Shown here: positions 1-10,300 of the stretch, in pieces | Position numbering within the stretch: position 1 is the stretch's first letter | Layout of the letters: every line of letters begins with the position of its first letter | From: Clostridiales bacterium | GTDB taxonomy: Bacteria; Bacillota; Clostridia; Saccharofermentanales; Saccharofermentanaceae | Length of the DNA stretch: 64,000 bases | Direction: 5' to 3' | Assembly: GCA_017510605.1 (NCBI GenBank) | Contig: JAFWMQ010000008.1 | Coordinates: forward strand, 82,234 to 146,233 | Notes under the pieces: generated by a model | What the model saw: only the letters and a program-made list of their open reading frames with translations | Told to the model about the DNA's origin: nothing | Databases searched by the model: none | Made by a program: the position numbers and the translations under genes

Positions 1-797
1 TTTCCTTCCTTGATTGAATCAATTGCAAAGTTCATGTCGGCAAGTCTTAATTTCATCCACTCGGATGTTATCTCAAAGACTTCGGCTTCTGATACATCGC
101 TTGATCCTATTGTCATTGAATCGTTAAGAAACTTACGGTCAGCGACAATGGTTTTGCCTGTTGAATCATGAGTAAAGATCGAGTGATACGGATGTTCGAT
201 GCTTGCTACGACATAACCGTGGCTCGCAAGTTCCATATACATGGACGCGTTGCTCTGATAGTATCCGAAAGCACCATGACTGAAGATAACCAGAGGTATC
301 TTATCGTCTGTCCCTTCGGGATAAAAGAAATATACAGGGACTTCTCTGTATGAGCCGTCATTTTCGAATTCCTCGATGCGGCCGGTATCGATCATTATTG
401 CATTGGACTGCAGCACATTATATGGTCCGGTCAATACGCGGCCTTCATAATCCGTGAAGAGAAAGGCTGGGAGTATTGAAGTCCCGATAAGTGAAATGCT
501 GAGAAGCGTTCCGAGCACAATTGCCGCCTTCTTTTTGGTTTTGGTGTTTTTGTGGTTGGCCAACATAAAGATAACGGCAGCGGCAAGCCTTACGAGAAGC
601 ACTGCAATAAGGCCTATGAACCTGAAACTTGTATCAATTCCCGGAAGAGCAGCCATAATAAAGAAGAGTATAAGTTCTCCTGCGATAACAATAAGACGCT
701 TTGAAGTCCACTTTTTCACGGTGGTTGTCCTCGTAAGCCCGAAGATCATAAATCCGGTCTCCAGGAGGACCAGGATGGAAAATAGTAATATCGTCAT
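1..797 (-). CDS. Membrane-anchored alpha/beta hydrolase (PAF-acetylhydrolase/dienelactone hydrolase-like), truncated by the window edge
   Basis: Not in the ORF track. Translated by hand from ATG at 797 (SD GAGGTG): MTILLFSILV..., with N-terminal hydrophobic helices, then PLVIFSHGAFGYYQSN...ELASHGYVVASIEHP. Frame stays open to position 1. Confidence 0.85.
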   Translation of the reverse strand, partial: MTILLFSILVLLETGFMIFGLTRTTTVKKWTSKRLIVIAGELILFFIMAALPGIDTSFRFIGLIAVLLVRLAAAVIFMLANHKNTKTKKKAAIVLGTLLSISLIGTSILPAFLFTDYEGRVLTGPYNVLQSNAIMIDTGRIEEFENDGSYREVPVYFFYPEGTDDKIPLVIFSHGAFGYYQSNASMYMELASHGYVVASIEHPYHSIFTHDSTGKTIVADRKFLNDSMTIGSSDVSEAEVFEITSEWMKLRLADMNFAIDSIKEG

Positions 798-1012
798 AAT
801 CTGTCACCTCATTTTCTTTTGTTGAGATGACTATATGACAGCGCCGGGTTCCCGTTCAACAACTCCCGGGACAAGATGCAAAAACCGGCGGTGAGATGTC
901 TGAAAACAGAATTAGCAACTAAATATTCAAAGAAAATTAATCTTTCTTATACTATAATATCTTTAAACGATTACTGTGTTGCTGTATTTTTATGCCTTAT
1001 TCGGGGGTGTTT

Positions 1013-4000
1013 ATGCCGAAACAGGATGAGATTTTTAAATTAATAGCTGAATCTTTGCTGGTGGACTATTCCAGTATTTATTATGTTAATGCAGCCACCA
1101 ATGAGTATTATTGGTACTCGGCAAATCCTGAATTCTATTCGCTGAAGCTTGAGCAGTGCGGAGATGATTTCTTCGAAAACCTTATCCGCGACTGTAAAAA
1201 GGTCATTTATGAAGAGGACCAGCATATTTTTCTGGAAGATATCCAGAAGGAGAATCTTCTCTCTGCAATGAAGATCGGAAGCATGCAGAACATCGATTAC
1301 AGACTGATGATCAATGGTGTTCCCACATGGCATTCTTTGAGGCTGATCCGCGGTCTGGATGAAAATACAGACTATTTTATCCTTGGTGTTATCAATATTG
1401 ATGAAGAATACCACCACAGGGAGCAGGAAAAGGAAATAGCCGAACAGAAAGAGATCTACAACCAGATTACCTCAAGCCTCGCATGGCAGTATGACACACT
1501 TTATTATATTGATCTGGATACAAATACCTTTGTTGAGATCTCTTCTACCGATGAATATAAGAAGCTGAATGTTCCTGCGACAGGAAGTGATTTCTTCGCT
1601 GAAAGCAGAAGAAGCATACGCAAATATGTGCATCCTGAGGATCAGGAGAAGGCACTTAAGCTGCATTATAAGGACACCATGATCAAAAACCTGGCGCATA
1701 GGAATTCTTTTTCATTAACCTGGCGTCTGGTCGTTAATGATCAGGTAAAGAACATCAGACATACAGAGATCATGGCCTATGATAAGAAGCATATTATTGT
1801 CTGTATTGAAAATATAGATGATGAAGTCGCTGCTAACCTTAAGCTGACAGAGACTATGCAGAAAGGTGCCACATATACGCAGATCGCGGTGAGTCTGGCA
1901 TCCCAGTATGACCTGATCTATTACATTGATATTAATTCTACGCATTATAAGGAATATGCTACGCACAAGCTTTATGGTGAATTGGAAATACAGGAAGAAG
2001 GAGACGACTTCTTCGGAAATGCAGATCACAATGCAGACATGGTAATTCACCCTGAAGACAGGGAAAGAATCAAAAATTTCATTAATAGGGATAATCTCAT
2101 TTCCCAGCTCGAAAAGAGCAGACAGCTTGTCCAGGATTACCGTATGGTAGTCGGAAATGCAGAACCTCAATATACCAGAATGACTGTCAGCTGGTCTTCA
2201 GACAAAACGCATCTGATCATATGTATTGAGAACCGTGATGAGTATGTAAAGATCGAGAAAGAGCATCTGCTGGCGATCAATATGGCTAATGAGACAGCCA
2301 GAAAAGACGGACTTACAGGTATCAGAAATAAGACTGCTTTCCAGGAGTTTGAGAAAGAACTTCAGACAGAGATCGATGAGAACAGAAGTGATCTGTACGG
2401 AATCGCTGTCTGCGATCTTAATAACCTGAAACTGATAAATGATACACAGGGTCATAAAGCCGGAGACGAATACATCATTAATTCCTGCAAACTGATATGC
2501 CGTGTATTTGCCCACAGTCCTGTATTCAGGATCGGCGGTGATGAGTTCGTCGTAGTTCTGAGAACGCGGGATTATCAGAATTGTAAAGAGCCGGTAGAAT
2601 CTTTTAAAAGGCAGATAGAAGAGAACATCAGGATCGGATCAGGTCCTATAGTTGCTATAGGCGTGGCAGAGTATCAGCCGGATACTGATACAAATATTGA
2701 TGTTATTTTTAAATGCGCTGACGGCCGGATGTATGAAGATAAAACTCGTTTGAAAGAACTGAAACTTCTTGGCGAATCACATTCACTTAAAGAGTCTTCA
2801 AACGTTAAGACGATTACGGAAGACAGAAGAAAGATGCTTGATTCTCTCTTTAAGTCTTATGATGTGGTTTCAGAGGGAACTTATGTATATCTCTGTGATA
2901 TGAAATACGATTTCTCCAAGTGGTCCAAAAATGCTGTTGATGCATACGGTCTGCCTTCTGAATACATGTATGGCGCTGGAGACATTTGGGAAAACTTCAT
3001 CCATCCTGATGACAGGGAGGCATATCACAAAGGTATAGATGAGATCTTTGCCGGTGCAAGTTCCGGACATGATATGCAGTACCGGGCAAGAAAGGCTACC
3101 GGAGAATATGAAGTTTGTACCTGCAGGGGTGTTGTTATCAGAGACCTTTCCGGAGAACCCGACTATTTTGTAGGCACTATTCGCAATCATGGTTCCCAGG
3201 GACATATTGATTCTTTGACCGGACTTCGAAACCAGTATGGATTCTTCGAGGATCTTGATGGCTATATAAAAAGAAAAGCCACTGCATGTATTTTAATTGT
3301 CGGTATCAGCAAGTTTTCCGAGGTCAATGCAGTTTACGGATATCATTTCGGAAACAGAGTCCTGCAGCTTTTCGCAAGGAAAATATTTGATACTATCGGA
3401 AACAACGGTGCCTGCTACAGAATAGACGGAACGAAGTTTGCCATCATAAGCAATATGCTTTCTCTTGATGATATACGGGAAAAATACCAGGTGTTCCGCA
3501 ATTATTTCAGGGAAGTATTCCAGGTGGATGACAAGAGGGTTTTGCTTGAAACTAATTGCGGCGCGTTGAAGCTCGACCGTTTTGAATTTGATTCCCAGAC
3601 GGTTTATTCCTGCTTAAATTATTCTTACAGTGAGTCCAAGACCCGCTATCAGGGAGATATGGTCGTATTCCATAACGATCTTAATCAGGATAACAGACAG
3701 AGACTTGAGAAGCTTCATGCTATCAGAGCTTCAATAATGCACGGATACAGAGGTTTTTATCTGTTGTACCAGCCGGTGGTTGATGCTAAGACTGAGCAGC
3801 TGATATCTGCTGAAGCTCTTCTCAGATGGAAGAACGATACATATGGCGTAGTTCCTCCTGACCAGTTCATACCGCTTCTTGAATCAGATCCTCTTTTCCC
3901 CGATCTCGGAGAATGGATCATCAGGGAAGCGATCTATGCTGCGAAGAAGATCATAAAGAAGCTGCCGGGTTTTGTTATCAACATCAATTTGTCCTATACC

Positions 4001-4486
4001 CAGCTTCAAAAGCCTGATTTTGTTGATATGGTATTCCGCATACTTGAAGAGATGGGATATCCGGCTGATCACCTTTGCTTTGAGGTTACCGAACGATGCA
4101 GACTGCTTGATGTAAAGCTGATCAAAAATGTTACTGCAAGTCTTAAAGCCAGAGGCATTCTTATTGCGCTGGATGATTTCGGCACCGGATTCTCTTCTGT
4201 CAGTATCGTAAAGGAACTTCCTTTTGACATAATAAAGATCGATCAGGGTTTCGTTGCTAAGATCGAAGATAATAAAGTTGACAGGGAACTGATCAGACAC
4301 TTCGCAGGTTTGGCATCGCTCTTTGGTGCTAAGGTCTGTGTTGAAGGAATCGAGACCGAAGGAATGAGAGATATCCTTCAGAAACTCAATGTCGGGAGCT
4401 TCCAGGGCTACTATTACGCAAAGCCTCTGTTGCTTGATAAATTCTTCGAATGGGAGGCGGAACGCGATGCGCAAAAAAAGACCTGA
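1013..4486 (+). CDS. PAS-containing diguanylate cyclase/phosphodiesterase (PAS-like x2-3, GGDEF, PAS, degenerate GGDEF, EAL)
   Basis: DGLTG...FRIGGDEF (intact); second domain DSLTG...YRIDGTKF (degenerate); EALLRW, DDFGTG, EGIE. PAS-like HPED/HPDD segments. Start chosen at ATG 1013 after GGGGGTG. Confidence 0.93.
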   Translation: MPKQDEIFKLIAESLLVDYSSIYYVNAATNEYYWYSANPEFYSLKLEQCGDDFFENLIRDCKKVIYEEDQHIFLEDIQKENLLSAMKIGSMQNIDYRLMINGVPTWHSLRLIRGLDENTDYFILGVINIDEEYHHREQEKEIAEQKEIYNQITSSLAWQYDTLYYIDLDTNTFVEISSTDEYKKLNVPATGSDFFAESRRSIRKYVHPEDQEKALKLHYKDTMIKNLAHRNSFSLTWRLVVNDQVKNIRHTEIMAYDKKHIIVCIENIDDEVAANLKLTETMQKGATYTQIAVSLASQYDLIYYIDINSTHYKEYATHKLYGELEIQEEGDDFFGNADHNADMVIHPEDRERIKNFINRDNLISQLEKSRQLVQDYRMVVGNAEPQYTRMTVSWSSDKTHLIICIENRDEYVKIEKEHLLAINMANETARKDGLTGIRNKTAFQEFEKELQTEIDENRSDLYGIAVCDLNNLKLINDTQGHKAGDEYIINSCKLICRVFAHSPVFRIGGDEFVVVLRTRDYQNCKEPVESFKRQIEENIRIGSGPIVAIGVAEYQPDTDTNIDVIFKCADGRMYEDKTRLKELKLLGESHSLKESSNVKTITEDRRKMLDSLFKSYDVVSEGTYVYLCDMKYDFSKWSKNAVDAYGLPSEYMYGAGDIWENFIHPDDREAYHKGIDEIFAGASSGHDMQYRARKATGEYEVCTCRGVVIRDLSGEPDYFVGTIRNHGSQGHIDSLTGLRNQYGFFEDLDGYIKRKATACILIVGISKFSEVNAVYGYHFGNRVLQLFARKIFDTIGNNGACYRIDGTKFAIISNMLSLDDIREKYQVFRNYFREVFQVDDKRVLLETNCGALKLDRFEFDSQTVYSCLNYSYSESKTRYQGDMVVFHNDLNQDNRQRLEKLHAIRASIMHGYRGFYLLYQPVVDAKTEQLISAEALLRWKNDTYGVVPPDQFIPLLESDPLFPDLGEWIIREAIYAAKKIIKKLPGFVININLSYTQLQKPDFVDMVFRILEEMGYPADHLCFEVTERCRLLDVKLIKNVTASLKARGILIALDDFGTGFSSVSIVKELPFDIIKIDQGFVAKIEDNKVDRELIRHFAGLASLFGAKVCVEGIETEGMRDILQKLNVGSFQGYYYAKPLLLDKFFEWEAERDAQKKT

Positions 4487-5534
4487 TATTGCATTGATCA
4501 GTGATGAAGTAAACTCCCGCGAGGAACTGCTTGATTCACTGATGAGATATATCAGGCTTTCCAGAGCCGACAGAAGGTTATCTGATTATTATTCCGTAAA
4601 ACGCTTCGGATGCAGTGTTCCGGAGATGTTTTTTACTATGAGCTACCGCTTCAAGATCGAATCTCCGATCCCGATCAATGAGACTTTTTTCATATCCGAG
4701 CCGGATCTTTACTATAACAAAAAAGCGTTTGATGATGGCCAGATCAATCTGTGTTTTGTAATCGGTTATTCCGGGTCAGGTAAGTCTGTTCTTACACGCG
4801 AATATAAAGGTGAGGGAATTGAGAAAGTATCTCTTGATGATCTCGTTTGCGCAAAGGACCATTTTACACTTGATGAACTGAAAGAATCAGGCGATCTTCT
4901 ATATTCGTTCTTCACGGGGATCGGGGAAAAGTATTATATATCCCTGAATGAACGTGATTTCTTTGCGGATAACAGTAAGGTGTTTGTGGATTTCATTAAG
5001 TATGCATGTGATTACGCTCCTTCACATCCGGAGAAGAGGTTTATCTTAGAAGGAATCTGGACTTACCTGTTTTTTGATGATCCTTCTGAATTCAGCGAAT
5101 ATGCTGTTTTTATGAAGGGAACCTCGCTTATCAAATCCAATTTCAGAAGAATGGTAAGAGAAGCCGGCAATAATGTCAGTGAGTCTGTGGACAGGCTGCT
5201 TGAATTCGGGATATATGCCAAAGATACCGCTCTCCGCGATATTAATGTTGACAAGTGGAGACGTTATTTTGAGAAATGTCCGGAGACCATTATCAGGCTC
5301 GAAAACAACAGCTTTACGATCCTTAGCAAGAACATCATGTCGGAGATCTACAACATCAATGAGCTCTTTGTTCACGGCGATGATGAAGGCATCAGGGAAA
5401 TAATGGAGCATACAAAGAAGAGCACGGACATGGATATTTCCGGGAAAGCTATTATTTCTGACGAATGCAGAAAAGCACTCATCGATCTGCAGAAGGTCAC
5501 CGGAAATCAGGATCCCGAAAAACTCAAAGGCTAG
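4467..5534 (+). CDS. Hypothetical P-loop protein, nucleoside/nucleotide-kinase-like
   Basis: Walker A VIGYSGSGKS, then VSLDD and ILEG. SD GGAGG before ATG 4467. Overlaps the upstream stop by 20 nt. Confidence 0.65.
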   Translation: MRKKRPDIALISDEVNSREELLDSLMRYIRLSRADRRLSDYYSVKRFGCSVPEMFFTMSYRFKIESPIPINETFFISEPDLYYNKKAFDDGQINLCFVIGYSGSGKSVLTREYKGEGIEKVSLDDLVCAKDHFTLDELKESGDLLYSFFTGIGEKYYISLNERDFFADNSKVFVDFIKYACDYAPSHPEKRFILEGIWTYLFFDDPSEFSEYAVFMKGTSLIKSNFRRMVREAGNNVSESVDRLLEFGIYAKDTALRDINVDKWRRYFEKCPETIIRLENNSFTILSKNIMSEIYNINELFVHGDDEGIREIMEHTKKSTDMDISGKAIISDECRKALIDLQKVTGNQDPEKLKG

Positions 5535-5621
5535 TACCCGGCTATTACAGATAGTAATTGAAAACCTATGCTTCTTCTATGATATAATTATCTTTGGAGT
5601 AAGAATAAGGGAGGGAATAGT

Positions 5622-6617
5622 ATGAGATTACAGAGCTTAAATTGTCCGAATTGCGGATCCCCTTTAAGAACCGAGAACAACATGCAGATCTGCGACAGCT
5701 GCGGATCCACATTCAAGATCGATTACGATGATTCTGACGTAGCTTACGAGAGATTAAGCAAAGAAGACGAGATCAACAGACAGAGATTTGAGCATGAGAA
5801 AGAAATGCTCGAGACTGAATACCGTCTTCAGGAAGAAGCACGTATCAAGAAGGCAAAGTACGAGAAGTCCGAAGCCCGTAAAAAGGCAGCTGCAAATAAG
5901 GTGAAAGGGTTTATTGCCCTTCTTATCATGCTGGGCATATTCGGCGGCTTTATGCTGCTCGTATATTTCGTTATTAAAGGCGAAGCGATCATCAATACCG
6001 ATAAGATCTACGGAACCACAACTACCGAGACAACAGTTTCTCCTTATCTTATCAGCGCCTCTGATGTGCTTGCTGATGAAGAGTTTATGAAGAATGCGGT
6101 CGCTTCGGTATTTTCCGAGATAAGATCTTCAAGAAAAGGCAATCCGGTTACCACATTTGATATCCCTATAACTGAATGGTATATGGTTGGAGACCCTGAG
6201 ATTTACGACTGCTACCTTCTTGTAAATGAAGATGAGAACAGACTTTGCTTCCTTGTTAAGATCACATATCAGAGTGAAAGAGATGAAGATGATTACAAGG
6301 AAGTTTACGATTGTTTATACCTCAGAAATCTGACTGTCGGAAAAGACGGTAAGATCGCATGTGATTATGCCGTAAGGGATGACAGGGGAGAAGGGGCCAC
6401 CAATTGGACATGGATAGCTGCAGAGGAATCAGATCAGCTTTACAGATCGGCAATTCTCGGTAAATCAGAATTCTCCAGAGAAAAATTCAATCTTCCTGCA
6501 TCGGTAATCCCTACACCGGAGCCTGAAGAAACAGAGTCAGATTCCGATGAAGATTCGGAAGATGATTATGACGACGATTACGACGAAGATTATGATGACG
6601 ATTATGAGGAAGATTAA
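5622..6617 (+). CDS. Zinc-ribbon membrane protein with coiled coil and acidic tail
   Basis: CPNCG...CDSCG, E/K/R-rich helix, one TM segment, C-terminal D/E/Y repeats. SD GGAGGG. Confidence 0.8.
   Translation: MRLQSLNCPNCGSPLRTENNMQICDSCGSTFKIDYDDSDVAYERLSKEDEINRQRFEHEKEMLETEYRLQEEARIKKAKYEKSEARKKAAANKVKGFIALLIMLGIFGGFMLLVYFVIKGEAIINTDKIYGTTTTETTVSPYLISASDVLADEEFMKNAVASVFSEIRSSRKGNPVTTFDIPITEWYMVGDPEIYDCYLLVNEDENRLCFLVKITYQSERDEDDYKEVYDCLYLRNLTVGKDGKIACDYAVRDDRGEGATNWTWIAAEESDQLYRSAILGKSEFSREKFNLPASVIPTPEPEETESDSDEDSEDDYDDDYDEDYDDDYEED
6561..6614 (+). repeat. In-frame low-complexity repeat encoding DDYDDDYDEDYDDDYEED
   Basis: GATGATTATGAC-like 12-nt period read directly. Confidence 0.85.
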
Positions 6618-6649
6618 TCAATTCTTCTGATCGGTACAGAAGCTGTTTT

Positions 6650-7216
6650 ATGAACAAGCATTATTCGGATTATAAGAAGATGTCGGTCCCGGTGAACGAT
6701 CTTGTTTTCGACAAGATACAGGATTGCGACAAAGAATTACTTAAAAAGGTCAGGGGGCAGCACATCAGGGCCAATGCCGGTTTTCTGGTATTGCTGTTTG
6801 TATGTTTTGGCCTGTGCACTTGGTTCTTTGTCCATTTCCTCATAATACCTCCGGATAACATCTTTTATCAGATCATTTCACTTCTGATGCTCGGTGCCGG
6901 AATGTTCATAACCGGTAATGCGATCTATGGGATAATCGGAGGGATCAAGGGTATCCGCAAAGGCATTGTCCTGACTGCTTCCAGGGAACAGGAAGTAAAG
7001 GATGGCAGAAACTATTCTTATCAGTATGTTGTAGATATTTTTTTCGATGACAGGAATGAGACACTGATGAGTTATTCAATCAGTCAGGAAGTGTTTAGTG
7101 AAGTTAACCCGGGTGATGGAGTTATCGTTGTTAAGACAGGCCGCAAGATCAAGGTCCTGCAGGATCCCGAGCGTAAAAATGTAATGAATGTAAGCAATAT
7201 AAAATCAAATGTGTAA
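6650..7216 (+). CDS. Hypothetical protein with two TM helices
   Basis: 188-aa ORF, two hydrophobic segments, co-directional with neighbours. Confidence 0.75.
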   Translation: MNKHYSDYKKMSVPVNDLVFDKIQDCDKELLKKVRGQHIRANAGFLVLLFVCFGLCTWFFVHFLIIPPDNIFYQIISLLMLGAGMFITGNAIYGIIGGIKGIRKGIVLTASREQEVKDGRNYSYQYVVDIFFDDRNETLMSYSISQEVFSEVNPGDGVIVVKTGRKIKVLQDPERKNVMNVSNIKSNV

Positions 7217-7240
7217 TATGGGAGACCCATATATTTTTTT
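7216..7240 (+). terminator. Probable intrinsic terminator
   Basis: ATATGGG-aga-CCCATAT followed by a T7 run. Confidence 0.5.
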
Positions 7241-7300
7241 CTACACATTTAATTTACTTAAAAATGACAAAAGAATATGACAAAGTGTTAAAATTGTCAC

Positions 7301-10300
7301 ATGAGTGAAAAGCGGAACATCACGTTAAAACTGGTGAAGGCCGTTCTGGGAATGGCCATGGCATTCTGCGTGCTTTTATCGTCTGCTCCTGTATTGCTTA
7401 GTGCAGATGATAATATCCCAGCCGATCCTGTGGAGAACCGCGAAGGATATGCAGCATACCTTTACGACAATACCACGGGGCTTCCCACATCAGAGGCAAA
7501 TGCCATAGCCGAGACTTCTGACGGCTTTTTATGGATAGGAAGCTATGGCGGTCTTATCAGATATGACGGAAATTCTTTCGAGAGATATAAGTCTACAACC
7601 GGTATTGCGAGCGTTGTCAGTCTGTTCGTTGACAGCACTGACAGACTTTGGATAGGAACCAATGACAACGGTGCTGCTGTAATGGACAGAAAAGGCAATG
7701 TAAAGATGTACGGAAAGAAGGACGGACTGCCTTCGGCTTCCGTAAGGGATTTTGCCGAAGGTCCCGGCGGTGAGATCTATGTAGCCACAACACAGGGTGT
7801 GGCTTTTGTGGATCAAGGCGGCAAACTTTCACTGATCGATGATTCCATGATCAATTCCGAATATGTCAGACGCCTCGAAACAGGTGCTGACGGTGTTACC
7901 TATGCTTTGACAATGGAGGGCAGTGTCTTTACGCTTGTGAACGGCGCGTTGGAACGTTTCTACAATGCGGATGATATTGGAATCGAAGGTATTCATGCAC
8001 TGACAGTAGATCCTTATAATCCCGGATATCTGTATCTCGGTACTAAGGGTTCGAAAATATGGTATGGAAGCCTTTCGGAAGGCTTCCCGAAGGACAAGAG
8101 GATCAATGTGGAGCCTCTCGAATATATTAACTCGATCATCTGCAAAAAAGACAGGATCTGGGTATGTGCTAATAATGGTGTTTGTGTCTACAAGGATGGA
8201 GATGAAAAACCCGAAATCCTTGAGAACATTCCGATGAATTCAAATATTGAAGGTCTGATATCCGATTATCAGGGAAATCTCTGGTTCGTATCATCAAGAC
8301 AGGGCGTAATGAAGATCGTCCCTAACCAGTTTACCAATGTTTTCGACCAGTATGATCTTCCCGAGACTGTTGTTAACACTACATGTTATTACGATAACAT
8401 GCTCTTTATCGGTACTGATTCCGGACTTATAGTTCTTGATGATGAAGGCGAGGTAAGCAGGATCAATATTAACAACGCCGTTACAGCATCAGGTGAACAC
8501 CTGGGCAATCTTGAACTTATATCGATGCTGAAAGGCATCAGGATACGATCGATAATAAAAGACAGTCATGACAGAATATGGATATCCACATATGGTGATA
8601 ATTCGCTGATCAGATTTGATCATGGTGATGTAAAGACCTTCGGAGTTGATGACGGTATGCCCTCCAAGCGTATCAGGGCAGTTTCCGAGTGCAGAGACGG
8701 TTCTTATCTTGTTGCCTGCACCGGAGGTCTTGTCGTTATACGTGATGATAAGGTAGACAAGGTCTATGATGCTTCTTCCGGCATTGGCAATATAGAGGTC
8801 CTTACTGTAGCTGAAGGAACGAATGGCGATATGCTGGTCGGTACCGACGGTGACGGCATCTATGTAGTGGGCGCTTCCGGAACTAAGCATCTTGATACAA
8901 CCAACGGCCTTTTCTCCGACGTCGTTATGAGGATCAAGAAAGATACCATGCGTGAAATCTATTGGATCGTAACGAGTAATTCGGTTGCATACATGACTGC
9001 TGATTATGAGATACATTCGATAATCAATTTCCCGTACTCCAACAACTTTGATATCTATGAGAATTCAAAGGGAGAACTGTGGGTATTGAGCAGTAACGGT
9101 ATTTATGTTGTCAGTGTTGATGAGATGCTCGAAAACGATGAGATCGAACCTGTATTTTACGGAATAGCAAACGGTCTTCCTGTTATTACCACGTCTAACT
9201 CCTACAGCTGCGTTACCGATGACGGCTATCTCTACATCGCCGCTTCTACAGGTGTCGCAAAGGTCAATATAGAGAAGCAGTTCGAGACTGTCGATAACAT
9301 TAAGATGACGGTTCCGTATATAGATGCAGACGGTGTGAAAATGTACCCGGATGATGATGGTGTCATAACCGTGCCGCTCGATGTAAAAAAGATTACCGTT
9401 TATCCTTATGTTTGTACGTATACGCTGATGGATCCGACTGTAACGTACAGTCTGCTCGGATTTGATTCAAATACTACGACCATTCACAGAAGCGATCTTA
9501 CTCCTATTGATTACACCAACCTCCGTGGCGGTACGTATGTCTTTAAGATGGTCATTTCGGATGCCATGGGACACGGAAGCAATGAGTATACTCTTACCAT
9601 AAACAAACAGATGGCTATCTACGAATACGCATGGTTCATCATCTGTGTTTCACTTCTGGTACTAGGCTTAATTGCTGTTCTCGTGTACCTTTACGTCAGA
9701 AAGAAGACCAAGAAGCTCTTAAAGAAACAGGAAGAGAACAGACTCCTCATCAGAGAGATCGTAGAAGCTTTCGCAAAGACGATCGATATGAAGGACAAAT
9801 ATACAAACGGTCACTCCAAGAGAGTTGCCGAATATACCGCGATGCTTGCGCGCGAACTCGGATACAATGAAGAAGCCGTTGAGAAGTATTACAACATCGC
9901 ATTGCTCCATGATATCGGTAAGATCGGTGTTCCCGGAGAAGTGCTCAATAAAGCCGGCAAGCTGGATGATGATGAATTCCAGACTATTAAGTCCCACACA
10001 TCTCTCGGATACAACGTTCTGAAAGATATCAGCATCATGCCTGAGCTTTCAGTCGGTGCTGAGGCACACCACGAGAGACCTGACGGAAAAGGCTATCCTA
10101 ACGGCCTCAAGGGTGATGAGATTCCGCGTGTCGCCCAGATAATCGGTGTTGCAGATGCTTTTGACGCGATGTATTCCAACCGTCCTTACAGAAACAGAAT
10201 GAATTTCGAGAAGGTCGTATCGATCATCAAAGGCGCTTCCGGCACGCAGCTTACAGAAGATGTAGTCGATGCATTCTTAAGGATCGTCGACCGCGGAGGC

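Noticed and set aside
838-900. CGCCGG...CCGGCG inverted repeat upstream of the edge hydrolase
   Set aside because: The arms are short and GC-rich with a long loop; not enough to call an operator, terminator or ECF promoter.
1040-4474. Numerous 60-200 aa antisense or alternate-frame ORFs here and throughout the track
   Set aside because: They lie opposite or inside well-supported genes and have no motifs or SDs; treated as shadow ORFs.
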